Source: Candidatus Hydrogenedentota bacterium (GTDB lineage: Bacteria; Hydrogenedentota; Hydrogenedentia; Hydrogenedentales; SLHB01). From it: a DNA stretch of 64,000 bases. Where the stretch lies: NCBI GenBank assembly GCA_045863335.1, contig BTVY01000006.1, positions 135,336-199,335 on the forward strand, written 5' to 3'. A model generated the notes under the pieces. That model was not told the origin of the DNA, made no database searches, and saw nothing but the letters and a program-made list of their open reading frames with translations. Below, piece by piece: positions 18,716-26,894 of this stretch. The number at the start of each line of letters is the position of its first letter. Positions within the stretch are counted from its first letter, which is position 1. The translations under genes were made by a program, and so were the position numbers.

Positions 18716-19720
18716 ATGAACAAGATGCATGTGGCGGTGTTGATGGGGGGCGTGAGTTCCGAGCACGAGGTGTCGTTGAAGAGCGGCGCCATGGTGGCGG
18801 GGAACCTCGATCGATCGCGTTTCGACACGACGCCGGTAATCATCACGCGGGACGGGCAGTGGAAGTTTCCCAGCGAGCGGGCTTTATCCGTGGGCGCGGG
18901 ATTGGCTCGGTTGGAAGAGCTTGGCGTCGACTGCGTGTTTATCGCGCTTCACGGCCCCTTTGGGGAGGACGGACGGGTCCAGGGACTACTCGACGTGTTC
19001 GGTATTCCATACACCGCGTCGGGGTGCGCAGCCAGCGCGTTGGCGATGGACAAGATTCATTCCAAGGCGGTGGTGCGCCAGGCAGGCGTGCGTGTGGCAG
19101 ATCAAATCATCCTGCAACGTTCCGAATGGGACCATGCGTTCGAGCACGTTATGACGCGGGTGAGTTCCGAAATTGGTTTTCCTTGCCTGATCAAGAGCCC
19201 ATGCCAGGGGTCCAGCCTGGGTATGGCGATTCCCAAAGATGCGGGCGCCTTTCGGACATCCTTGCTCGAGGTATTTGCCTACGGCGACCTGGTCATGGTT
19301 GAGAAGTTCGTCAAAGGTGTCGAAGTGACTTGTGCGGTGCTGGACGTGGAACCAGGGAAACCGCCGCGGGCCTTGCCGGTGACGGAAATCTGCCCGGTTT
19401 CGTCGGAGTTTTTTGACTACAAGGCCAAGTACACGCCGGGCGAATGCAACGAGATTACGCCCGCGCGAATCTCGAAGGAAGCGACCCGGAAAGTACAGGC
19501 AATGGCGGAGCGTGTGCATACCGTCGTGGGTTGTAAGGGCTTGAGCCGCAGTGATATGATACTGGACGGCGACGATCCGGTGTGGATCGAGGTCAATACC
19601 ATTCCCGGGATGACCGAAACGTCGCTCTATCCCCAGGCCGCTGCGGCGGCGGGCATCTCGTTCCCCGAGTTGCTTACGTTGTTTGTGGAAGAAGCCATGG
19701 CGCGCGGCCGCGCTAGCTGA
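18716..19720 (+). CDS. ddl: D-alanine--D-alanine ligase
   Basis: GGVSSEHEVSLKS, LHGPFGEDG, GSSLG, FDYKAKY and EVNTIPGMT motifs. Confidence 0.95.
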   Translation: MNKMHVAVLMGGVSSEHEVSLKSGAMVAGNLDRSRFDTTPVIITRDGQWKFPSERALSVGAGLARLEELGVDCVFIALHGPFGEDGRVQGLLDVFGIPYTASGCAASALAMDKIHSKAVVRQAGVRVADQIILQRSEWDHAFEHVMTRVSSEIGFPCLIKSPCQGSSLGMAIPKDAGAFRTSLLEVFAYGDLVMVEKFVKGVEVTCAVLDVEPGKPPRALPVTEICPVSSEFFDYKAKYTPGECNEITPARISKEATRKVQAMAERVHTVVGCKGLSRSDMILDGDDPVWIEVNTIPGMTETSLYPQAAAAAGISFPELLTLFVEEAMARGRAS

Positions 19721-19733
19721 TTAGAAGGCACCC

Positions 19734-20582
19734 ATGTCAATCGAATTCACCAAAATGCACGGTCTCGGCAATGACTACCTGTTTATCGACGGGGCGCGGT
19801 TTGCTATTACCGACCCGGCGGAACTGTCGCGGCAGATGAGCCATCGCCATCTCGGCGCGGGGTCCGACGGGATCATCCTGGTGAATCCCGGCCAAAACGG
19901 CGCGGATTTCGCCATGCGGATATTCAACGCCGACGGCAGCGAGGCGGAGACTTGCGGGAACGGGATTCGCTGTTTTGCAAAGTACGTCTTCGAGCGGGGT
20001 ATGACGGACAAGACGGATTTCGTGATCGATACGCTTGCGGGACCTAACCGGGTGAAGTTGACGTTGTCGGACGAATCGGACCGATCGGTCGGATCAGTCC
20101 GATCAAACATGGGGCAACCTCGATTCGAGAGGGCGGAAATCCCCATGGAAGGCCCGGCGGGCCGGGTTATCGAGGAAGATCTTGATGTGGACGGCGTCAC
20201 GATGAAAGTGACCTGCGCGAACATCGGAAATCCGCACGCGGTGTTTTTTGTGGACGATGCGACTGCGGTTCCGTTGGCCGAGATTGGTCCGAAGGTGGAA
20301 CGCCATCCCAAGTTTCCGCAGCGGACCAATGTGGAATTCGTGACCGTTCAGGATCGGCAGAACATGGTGATGCGGATCTGGGAACGGGGCAGCGGCATCA
20401 CGATGGCCAGCGGAAGCGGTTCCTGCGGATCGGCGTTGGCCGCGATGATCACGGACCGGGTCGACCGGCGCGTGAACGTCCACCTCGTATTTGGGACATT
20501 GACGATTGAATGGGCCGACGACGGGAATGTGTATCAGGAAGGCCCGGCGACGGAAGTGTATACCGGTACCTGGGAGGGCTAA
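19734..20582 (+). CDS. dapF: Diaminopimelate epimerase (second catalytic Cys replaced by Ser)
   Basis: FTKMHGLGNDY, NADGSEAETCGNG, GNPHAV, NVEF and WERGSG.TMASGSG motifs. Confidence 0.9.
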   Translation: MSIEFTKMHGLGNDYLFIDGARFAITDPAELSRQMSHRHLGAGSDGIILVNPGQNGADFAMRIFNADGSEAETCGNGIRCFAKYVFERGMTDKTDFVIDTLAGPNRVKLTLSDESDRSVGSVRSNMGQPRFERAEIPMEGPAGRVIEEDLDVDGVTMKVTCANIGNPHAVFFVDDATAVPLAEIGPKVERHPKFPQRTNVEFVTVQDRQNMVMRIWERGSGITMASGSGSCGSALAAMITDRVDRRVNVHLVFGTLTIEWADDGNVYQEGPATEVYTGTWEG

Positions 20583-20621
20583 GCCGCCCAGTCCGATCCC
20601 CCGAACGCGAAAGGAGGCGTC

Positions 20622-20822
20622 ATGAGCGCGCAGCAAGGCTTGCGCCGTTCCAGCAATGCAATGATCGCAGGGGTGTGCGGCGGAATCGCGGAAAGCCTGA
20701 ATATCGATCCGACGATCGTCCGGCTGGTGTATGTGCTGGTTTCCTTTTTCAGCGCGGCTTTTCCGGGGATTATCGTGTACATCGTTCTGTGGGTGGTCAT
20801 GCCGCCGCCTGAGGGCAGGTAG
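20622..20822 (+). CDS. PspC domain-containing protein
   Basis: LRRS...IAGVCGGIAE..IDPTIVR...YIVLWVVMP; AGGAGG RBS. Confidence 0.9.
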   Translation: MSAQQGLRRSSNAMIAGVCGGIAESLNIDPTIVRLVYVLVSFFSAAFPGIIVYIVLWVVMPPPEGR

Positions 20823-20839
20823 AGGGGGCAATTGGGGTT

Positions 20840-21475
20840 ATGGCAGGTTCGCCTTTGAAAATCGCCGTTCTGCTGTCGGGCAGCGGAACGACGTTGTTGA
20901 ACCTGATCGAGCGGATCGCAGCCGGCGAATTGAATGCGCAGATTCAATGCGTGGTCAGTTCGCGGGCCGATGCGTACGGGCTGGTGCGGGCGGAGGATCA
21001 TCGCATTCCCTCGGCGCTGGTGCCGCGCAAGCAGTTTCCCGACACGGCCACGTTCAGCGCGGCAGTGTGGCACGAGGTTCGGAAGTTCGACGTGGACCTC
21101 GTCGTGATGGCCGGGTTCATGAGTTTGCTGGACGTGCCCGAGGATTTCACGAACCGGATCGTCAACGTCCATCCCGCGTTGATCCCCGCGTTTTGCGGAA
21201 AAGGGATGTACGGGCATCACGTGCACGAGGCGGTCATCGCCTATGGCGCGAAGCTGACAGGCGTGACCGTGCACTTCGCGAACGCGAACTACGACGAGGG
21301 TCCGATTATCTTGCAGGCGGCTGTGCCGGTGTTGGAAGACGACACGCCGGACTCGCTGGCCGAGCGCGTGCAGGCGAAGGAGCGCGAAGTATACCCGCAG
21401 GCGATACAGTTGATCGCGGAAGGCCGGGTGTCGGTGGACGGCCGGCGGGTAAGAATTCGGGAACAGCAGGGGTAG
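20840..21475 (+). CDS. purN: Phosphoribosylglycinamide formyltransferase
   Basis: SGSGTTL, AGFM, NVHPALIP, GVTVHF and DEGPII motifs. Confidence 0.95.
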   Translation: MAGSPLKIAVLLSGSGTTLLNLIERIAAGELNAQIQCVVSSRADAYGLVRAEDHRIPSALVPRKQFPDTATFSAAVWHEVRKFDVDLVVMAGFMSLLDVPEDFTNRIVNVHPALIPAFCGKGMYGHHVHEAVIAYGAKLTGVTVHFANANYDEGPIILQAAVPVLEDDTPDSLAERVQAKEREVYPQAIQLIAEGRVSVDGRRVRIREQQG

Positions 21476-21480
21476 GGGTC

Positions 21481-22143
21481 TTGATTACAGCGGTTTGTTT
21501 TGATTTGGATGGAACGTTGATCGATTCGACGGAAGCGATTGTCGAATCGTTCTATCACACCTTCGACGCGTTCAAGGAACCGCGGCCGACGCGGGACGCG
21601 ATCGTGAACAGCATCGGGTACGTCCTGGAAGAACAGTTTTCGCTGCTGAGTACGCAGGATCCCGTGGAGTGCACGAAGGTGTACCGGGCGTATTACGAGA
21701 AGATCTGCTGCCCCAAGACGACGCTCATGCCGGGCACGCGGGAGTGCCTTCAGGCGCTGCACGATGCCGGGCTGGAAATCGCGTTTGCCACATCAAAGCG
21801 GCGAAAGTATTCCGAGATGATCCTGGAGCACCTGGGCGTGCTGGACTTTTTCTCGGTGCGTCTAGGACCGGACGACGTGTCTAAACCGAAACCGGATCCC
21901 GAAGTCGTCTTGAAGGCCTGCGAGATGCTGCATGTTACGCCGCAGCAGTTGCTGTTCGTGGGGGACATGCACTTCGACGTACTGGCGGCACGTGAAGCGG
22001 GGGTGCGGTGTCTCTGCGTGACGACGGGGTACGCGACGCGAGAAGAGCTGGAAGCCCTGGAACCGGAGCGGGTCTTCGATGGGCTGGACCTGTTGACGGC
22101 CTATGTGGTGGATGACGTGCTTGGGGCAATGCCGGCCAAGTAG
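21481..22143 (+). CDS. HAD-superfamily hydrolase (phosphoglycolate phosphatase/PPase-like)
   Basis: FDLDGTLIDS, ATSK, KPKPDP and VGDM..D motifs; TTG start just after purN. Confidence 0.88.
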   Translation: MITAVCFDLDGTLIDSTEAIVESFYHTFDAFKEPRPTRDAIVNSIGYVLEEQFSLLSTQDPVECTKVYRAYYEKICCPKTTLMPGTRECLQALHDAGLEIAFATSKRRKYSEMILEHLGVLDFFSVRLGPDDVSKPKPDPEVVLKACEMLHVTPQQLLFVGDMHFDVLAAREAGVRCLCVTTGYATREELEALEPERVFDGLDLLTAYVVDDVLGAMPAK

Positions 22144-22329
22144 AAATTCGAAATTCGAAACAAATCCGAATGACCAAAATCCGAAAAGCCAAAAGAAGTT
22201 CGCTTTTACAGGGACGTGCTTTGGTCTGCGAAACCGTCGTATCGAGTAATAGCCGACCGGTTACGAAACGAATTTCGGCCCGGCCGTTTCGAATTTCGGT
22301 GCTTAGAATTTGTTTCGGATTTCGAATTT
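22144..22329. repeat. AT-rich element with 43-bp imperfect inverted arms built from AAATYCG heptamers
   Basis: 22144-22186 matches the reverse complement of 22287-22329 at 36 of 43 positions. Confidence 0.75.
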
Positions 22330-22453
22330 GTTTTCAACCACGCCCATTCTTGATCGCGGGAGTTACTCCCTAGTCACTGCCTCATTTGGTTCTTTCCCCG
22401 ATCCGGGTGGTATAGTAGGCGCTTCCATTCTATTGGGTTTTGGAGGAATTACC

Positions 22454-23818
22454 ATGTCCGCGCGCGATGCCGCCCTCAAATATGCCCAGTCCAACCAGGA
22501 CAAGTTTCTGGAAGAATACAAGTCGCTCCTGCGACTGCCCAGCATTTCGACTTTGCCGGAGCACAAGAACGATGTGCTGCATACGGCGGAGTGGCTGGCG
22601 GAGCAACTGACGAATATCGGTCTGCCGAAGGTGTCCATCATGCCTACCGAGGGGCATCCCGTCGTGTACGCGGAATCCGCGCCGGTGCCGGGGAAACCGG
22701 TGGTGCTGGTATATGGCCATTACGACGTGCAACCGGTGGACCCACTGGACGAGTGGATCGCGCCGCCTTTCGAACCCGACATTCGCGGCGACTATATCCA
22801 CGCCCGGGGCGCATCGGACATGAAGGGTCAGATCTTCGCGCAGATCAAGGCGCTGGAGGCGCTGGCGAAACAGGGCGACTTGCCGTGCACCTTCAAGTAC
22901 CTGCTCGAAGGCGAGGAAGAGATCGGGTCGCCGCACCTGGGGCCGTTCATCGACGAACACATGGACATGCTAGCGTGCGACTTCGTGTTGAATTGCGATT
23001 CCGGCATTCATCAGGCCGATATGCCCGGGATCGTGTACTCGCTGCGCGGGTTGGCGTATTTCGAGGTGGAGGTGCGCGGGCCGTCGAAGGACCTCCACTC
23101 CGGACTTTTTGGCGGGTCCATTCTCAACCCGGCGCAGGCGTTGTGTGAACTAATCGCGGGCATGCACGATGCGCAAGGCCGGGTGACGTTGCCCGGATTC
23201 TATGACAAGGTGCGGCCCCTCGAAGCCGACGAGCGCGATTCGCTTGCGAAGCTGCCGTATTCCGACGAAGAGTGGATGGGCATGACCGGATCGCCCGCGC
23301 TGTGGGGCGAGGAGGGCTACACCACGCTGGAGCGCATCGGCGCGCGGCCCACGCTCGAGGTGAACGGCTTCCTCAGCGGCTTCACGGGCGAAGGTTCCAA
23401 AACCGTGCTACCCGCGAAGGCCATGGCGAAGATCTCCATGCGGCTGGTGGCGGACCAGGAACCGGCGGAGATCCGCGATCAGTTGTGCGCGTATCTCGAA
23501 GCGAAGGCGCCGAACGGCATCGAGTGGGAAGTGCGCGAACTCGTGCATGGCAAGGGCGCGATCATGGATCGCAAGTCTGCGTACATTCAGGCGGCCATGG
23601 GCGCCTTACGCACCGTGTTCAACAAGGAACCCGTGTTCAAACGGGAAGGCGGCAGCGTGCCCATCGTGGGGATGTTCCAGGAAAAACTGGGTGTCGACTC
23701 GGTCATGCTGGGTTTCGCGCTTCCGGACGACGGGATTCACGGGCCAAACGAGCGCCAGTACCTGCCGAATTTTTTCCGGGGCATTGACACGTACATTCAT
23801 TTCATGACGTCGTTGTAG
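22454..23818 (+). CDS. M20 family dipeptidase (ArgE/DapE superfamily)
   Basis: YGHYDVQP, ARGASDMKG, EGEEEIGS, DLHSG and HGPNE motifs; GGAGG RBS before ATG 22454. Confidence 0.92.
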   Translation: MSARDAALKYAQSNQDKFLEEYKSLLRLPSISTLPEHKNDVLHTAEWLAEQLTNIGLPKVSIMPTEGHPVVYAESAPVPGKPVVLVYGHYDVQPVDPLDEWIAPPFEPDIRGDYIHARGASDMKGQIFAQIKALEALAKQGDLPCTFKYLLEGEEEIGSPHLGPFIDEHMDMLACDFVLNCDSGIHQADMPGIVYSLRGLAYFEVEVRGPSKDLHSGLFGGSILNPAQALCELIAGMHDAQGRVTLPGFYDKVRPLEADERDSLAKLPYSDEEWMGMTGSPALWGEEGYTTLERIGARPTLEVNGFLSGFTGEGSKTVLPAKAMAKISMRLVADQEPAEIRDQLCAYLEAKAPNGIEWEVRELVHGKGAIMDRKSAYIQAAMGALRTVFNKEPVFKREGGSVPIVGMFQEKLGVDSVMLGFALPDDGIHGPNERQYLPNFFRGIDTYIHFMTSL

Positions 23819-23834
23819 AACGAAGGAGCGGAAC

Positions 23835-25175
23835 GTGGCGGAGGAGAAACCGGTACAGGCCCAGCGCACAGCCTGGGCGGACCTGTACAAATTGGAAGAT
23901 TGGTGGGCCGTCTGGCTCGGGTTTGCATTGCTGGCGATTGCCGCGATGGGAGTACTGCCGACCATACCCAAACTACCGGGCTGGCAGTGGGGCGGTTTCC
24001 TCGAGGCGCACACGGGCGGGTTGGCGCTGGGTCTGGTGGTGCTTGCCATCGGATTGGCGGCGCTGTTCTCCGTGGCCGTAGCTGTGATGAAGGGCCGGGA
24101 ATGGGGGCGATTCTACCCCGCATTCCTGGTTGTGTTTGTCCTCGCGGCTGTTTCCTACATTCTCGAAAAGGAGAAGTCCGTCAGTGCCTATGATATTCCG
24201 TATGCGTTCTGGGCTCTGGCGCTGGGTATGTTGATCAGCAACACAGTCGGGACTCCCGGTTGGCTGAAGTCCGGTGTGCAGACAGAGTTTTACATCAAGA
24301 CCGGGCTCGTCCTGCTGGGCGCGGAGATTCTCGTCGACAAGATCCTCGCGTTCAGCGGGTATGGCCTCGCGATCGCGTGGGGCGTGACGCCCATCGTCAT
24401 CATCTTCATGTGGTTGTTTGGCACCCGGTTCCTGAAGATGTTGAACAAGCCGCTCGTGATTACGATTGCGACGGCGACTTCCGTGTGCGGCGTCTCGGCG
24501 GCCATTGCCGCAGCGGCGGCCTCGCGCGCGAAGAAAGAAGACCTCACCGTCGCGGTCGGTATGTCGCTCATCTTTACGGTGCTGATGATGATTGCCATGC
24601 CGGCGTTGATTACGGCCATTGGCATGAGCCCCACCTTGGGCGGCGCCTGGATGGGCGGGACGATCGACGCGACGGGCGCGGTGGTGGCCGCGGGCGTGGC
24701 GCTCGGCAAGGAGGGCGAAGCCGTCGCGGCGATTGTGAAGATGATTCAGAATGTGCTCATCGGGATCGTCGCCTTCGGCATTGCGGTGTTCTGGGTGACG
24801 TCCGTGGAACGCGATGCCAGCGGCGCGCGGCCGTCGCTGATGGAAGTGTGGTACCGGTTACCCAAGTTCATTCTCGGGTTTATGGCGGCATCGATCATCG
24901 CGAGCATCATCAATTCCAGCGGAGACGGTTCCGCGTTTCTTGATGGGGTGTTGTCGCAGACCAAGTCGTTCCGCGGCTGGTTTTTCGGCCTGGCCTTTGT
25001 ATCCATTGGATTGGAATCGAATCTGCGCGACTTGGCGAGGCAGATGTCCGGCGGCAAGCCCATCGTGCTGTACTTAGTCGGGCAGACCTTCAATCTCATC
25101 CTGACGCTGTTGGTCGCGTGGCTCGTGTTGAGCGGCGTGCTCTTTCCCGAACCGCCGCTGTTGGCGGCGCCATGA
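23835..25175 (+). CDS. YeiH/UPF0324 putative sulfate exporter family membrane protein
   Basis: EFYIKTGLVLLG, SVCGVSAAIA and WMGGTIDATGAV motifs; many TM helices. Confidence 0.88.
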   Translation: MAEEKPVQAQRTAWADLYKLEDWWAVWLGFALLAIAAMGVLPTIPKLPGWQWGGFLEAHTGGLALGLVVLAIGLAALFSVAVAVMKGREWGRFYPAFLVVFVLAAVSYILEKEKSVSAYDIPYAFWALALGMLISNTVGTPGWLKSGVQTEFYIKTGLVLLGAEILVDKILAFSGYGLAIAWGVTPIVIIFMWLFGTRFLKMLNKPLVITIATATSVCGVSAAIAAAAASRAKKEDLTVAVGMSLIFTVLMMIAMPALITAIGMSPTLGGAWMGGTIDATGAVVAAGVALGKEGEAVAAIVKMIQNVLIGIVAFGIAVFWVTSVERDASGARPSLMEVWYRLPKFILGFMAASIIASIINSSGDGSAFLDGVLSQTKSFRGWFFGLAFVSIGLESNLRDLARQMSGGKPIVLYLVGQTFNLILTLLVAWLVLSGVLFPEPPLLAAP

Positions 25176-25417
25176 TGCAGCGGGCGCTTCGCAATCTGGT
25201 GGTATGGACCGCGGCGATTGGCACGGTGGTAGTGCTGATAGCGTGGGTGTTGCCGTGGGCGGGCGCGCGCGGGTACGCGGGTGAGGTCATTCGCGCCAAT
25301 CTGCGGGAGGGTCGCGATGCGACGGCGCTGTTTTACACGGAATCCGAGCGCACGCTGGAAATCGCGGAACAAGTCCAGCAACGGAAAGACAGCCAAGAGG
25401 AAACCTCGAATCCATGA
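25172..25417 (+). CDS. Small single-TM hypothetical protein
   Basis: ATGA overlaps with both neighbouring genes; TM helix then DATALFYTESE. Confidence 0.65.
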   Translation: MMQRALRNLVVWTAAIGTVVVLIAWVLPWAGARGYAGEVIRANLREGRDATALFYTESERTLEIAEQVQQRKDSQEETSNP

Positions 25418-26601
25418 AGCACGCGACAAAAGACAGAGCGATCGTGGTGCGCGGCAAACTGCTCGGTGGGAGCAAGCTGTCCGACGTGGTGGTGCGCAAC
25501 GGCAAGGTCGAGGCGGTCAGACCCGCCGGACGCGGCGCGGCGGACATCGGTGGACCGAAGGCATTTATCGGACCGACGCTCTTCGACATTCAGGTGAACG
25601 GATTCGGCGGCGTCAACCTGCAAGGCGACAAGGTGGTGCCCGAGGACTTTTCGAAGATTGGGGCGATGCTCGCCAAGTGGGGCGTGTCGCATTGGATCCC
25701 GACCTTGATAACCGGCGCGCAACGGGACATGGAACACGGCTGCCGCATCTTCGTGGAAGCGTTGCAGGACAAGGAAGTCGCGCGCGCGGTGCCTGGCATC
25801 CATCTCGAAGGGCCGTACATCTCGCCGGTGGACGGGCCGCGCGGGGCGCACGCGAAACGGCACGTGCGTAAACCGAGCATTCGCGAGTTCGACCGGCTCA
25901 TGAACGCTGCCGAAGGCAAGATCAGTTACACGACCGTCGCGCCGGAACTACCTGGTGCGATTGAGTACATCAACGCGGTTACCAAGCGCGGCGTTGTCGT
26001 CTCGCTGGGGCATCACAACGGCAGCGCGGATGAGATTGCGCGCGCCGTCGATGCGGGCGCGACGCTGTGCACGCACGTGGGCAATGGGATCGCCGCTCAG
26101 ATCAACCGCCACTTCAATCCGATCTGGCCGCAGTTGGCGGACGACCGGTTGACGTGTTCATTCATTGCGGACCTGGAGCATTTGCCGGAAAACGTTTTGA
26201 AAGTGTTCATGCGCGCGAAAGGGCCGGAACGGACGATCCTCACGTCCGACGTGGTGCACATCGCGGGACTCAAACCGGGGCACTACGACCTCGGCGGCAT
26301 GCCCGTGGAGTTGAAACCTTCGGGCCGCATCTGTCTGAGCGGGACGGAACTGCTTGCCGGGAGTACGCTGGTGTTGTTGCAGGGGATCGTCAACGTCGCG
26401 GAGCACACGGACCTGACGTTGGAAGAAGCTTTTGCGTCAGCGTCGCGCGTGCCGGCGAAAGCGCTGGGATTGAAGCACAAATTCGACCTGCCCCGGCGTG
26501 GCCGGAAGGCGGACTTTGTGGTGTTTGAACTCGCCGGTGCCAAGGGACGGCGCAAGGCAAAGGTGCGGGCGTCGTTCGTGAATGGACGTCGGGTGGTGTA
26601 G
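25414..26601 (+). CDS. nagA: N-acetylglucosamine-6-phosphate deacetylase family amidohydrolase
   Basis: DIQVNGFGG, PTLIT, HLEGPYIS...GAH, SLGH, THVGN and LAGST motifs. Confidence 0.85.
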   Translation: MKHATKDRAIVVRGKLLGGSKLSDVVVRNGKVEAVRPAGRGAADIGGPKAFIGPTLFDIQVNGFGGVNLQGDKVVPEDFSKIGAMLAKWGVSHWIPTLITGAQRDMEHGCRIFVEALQDKEVARAVPGIHLEGPYISPVDGPRGAHAKRHVRKPSIREFDRLMNAAEGKISYTTVAPELPGAIEYINAVTKRGVVVSLGHHNGSADEIARAVDAGATLCTHVGNGIAAQINRHFNPIWPQLADDRLTCSFIADLEHLPENVLKVFMRAKGPERTILTSDVVHIAGLKPGHYDLGGMPVELKPSGRICLSGTELLAGSTLVLLQGIVNVAEHTDLTLEEAFASASRVPAKALGLKHKFDLPRRGRKADFVVFELAGAKGRRKAKVRASFVNGRRVV

Positions 26602-26660
26602 GTTTTCGATTTGCTGAGTTATGAATCAGCATGACGGAGTGGGCGCCTCCACTGTGCGGC

Positions 26661-26815
26661 AGAACATCCCCCTTAATCCCCCTTCAAAGGGGGAATCGCG
26701 TATACATGATTTCGGAGCGGTCTCTGTTATCTCTCCACACACAGCGTCATCGGTTGCTGTTGCGCAATGCAATGCAACGTGTTGCGGTAATTCCCCCTTT
26801 AAAGGGGGATGTTCT
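26661..26815. repeat. 155-bp palindromic REP/MITE-like element (CCCCCTT..AAGGGGG type)
   Basis: AGAACATCCCCCTT (26661-26674) pairs with AAGGGGGATGTTCT (26802-26815); AAAGGGGGAAT (26686-26696) pairs with ATTCCCCCTTT (26790-26800). Confidence 0.75.
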
Positions 26816-26894
26816 CCGGACAAGGTAGTTTGACGTCGAGTTCAATTCTGGTGATTTGTACCGCGAAACGAAATCCCCTCACCTGCGTCTTTCT

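Noticed and set aside
20731-22143. 470-aa ORF suggesting a long N-terminal extension or overlap on the HAD gene
   Set aside because: The first 250 codons are an off-frame shadow of pspC/purN; HAD motif I begins right after TTG 21481
22144-22329. Possible CRISPR array
   Set aside because: The repeats are short heptamers in inverted arms; there is no direct repeat-spacer periodicity and no cas genes
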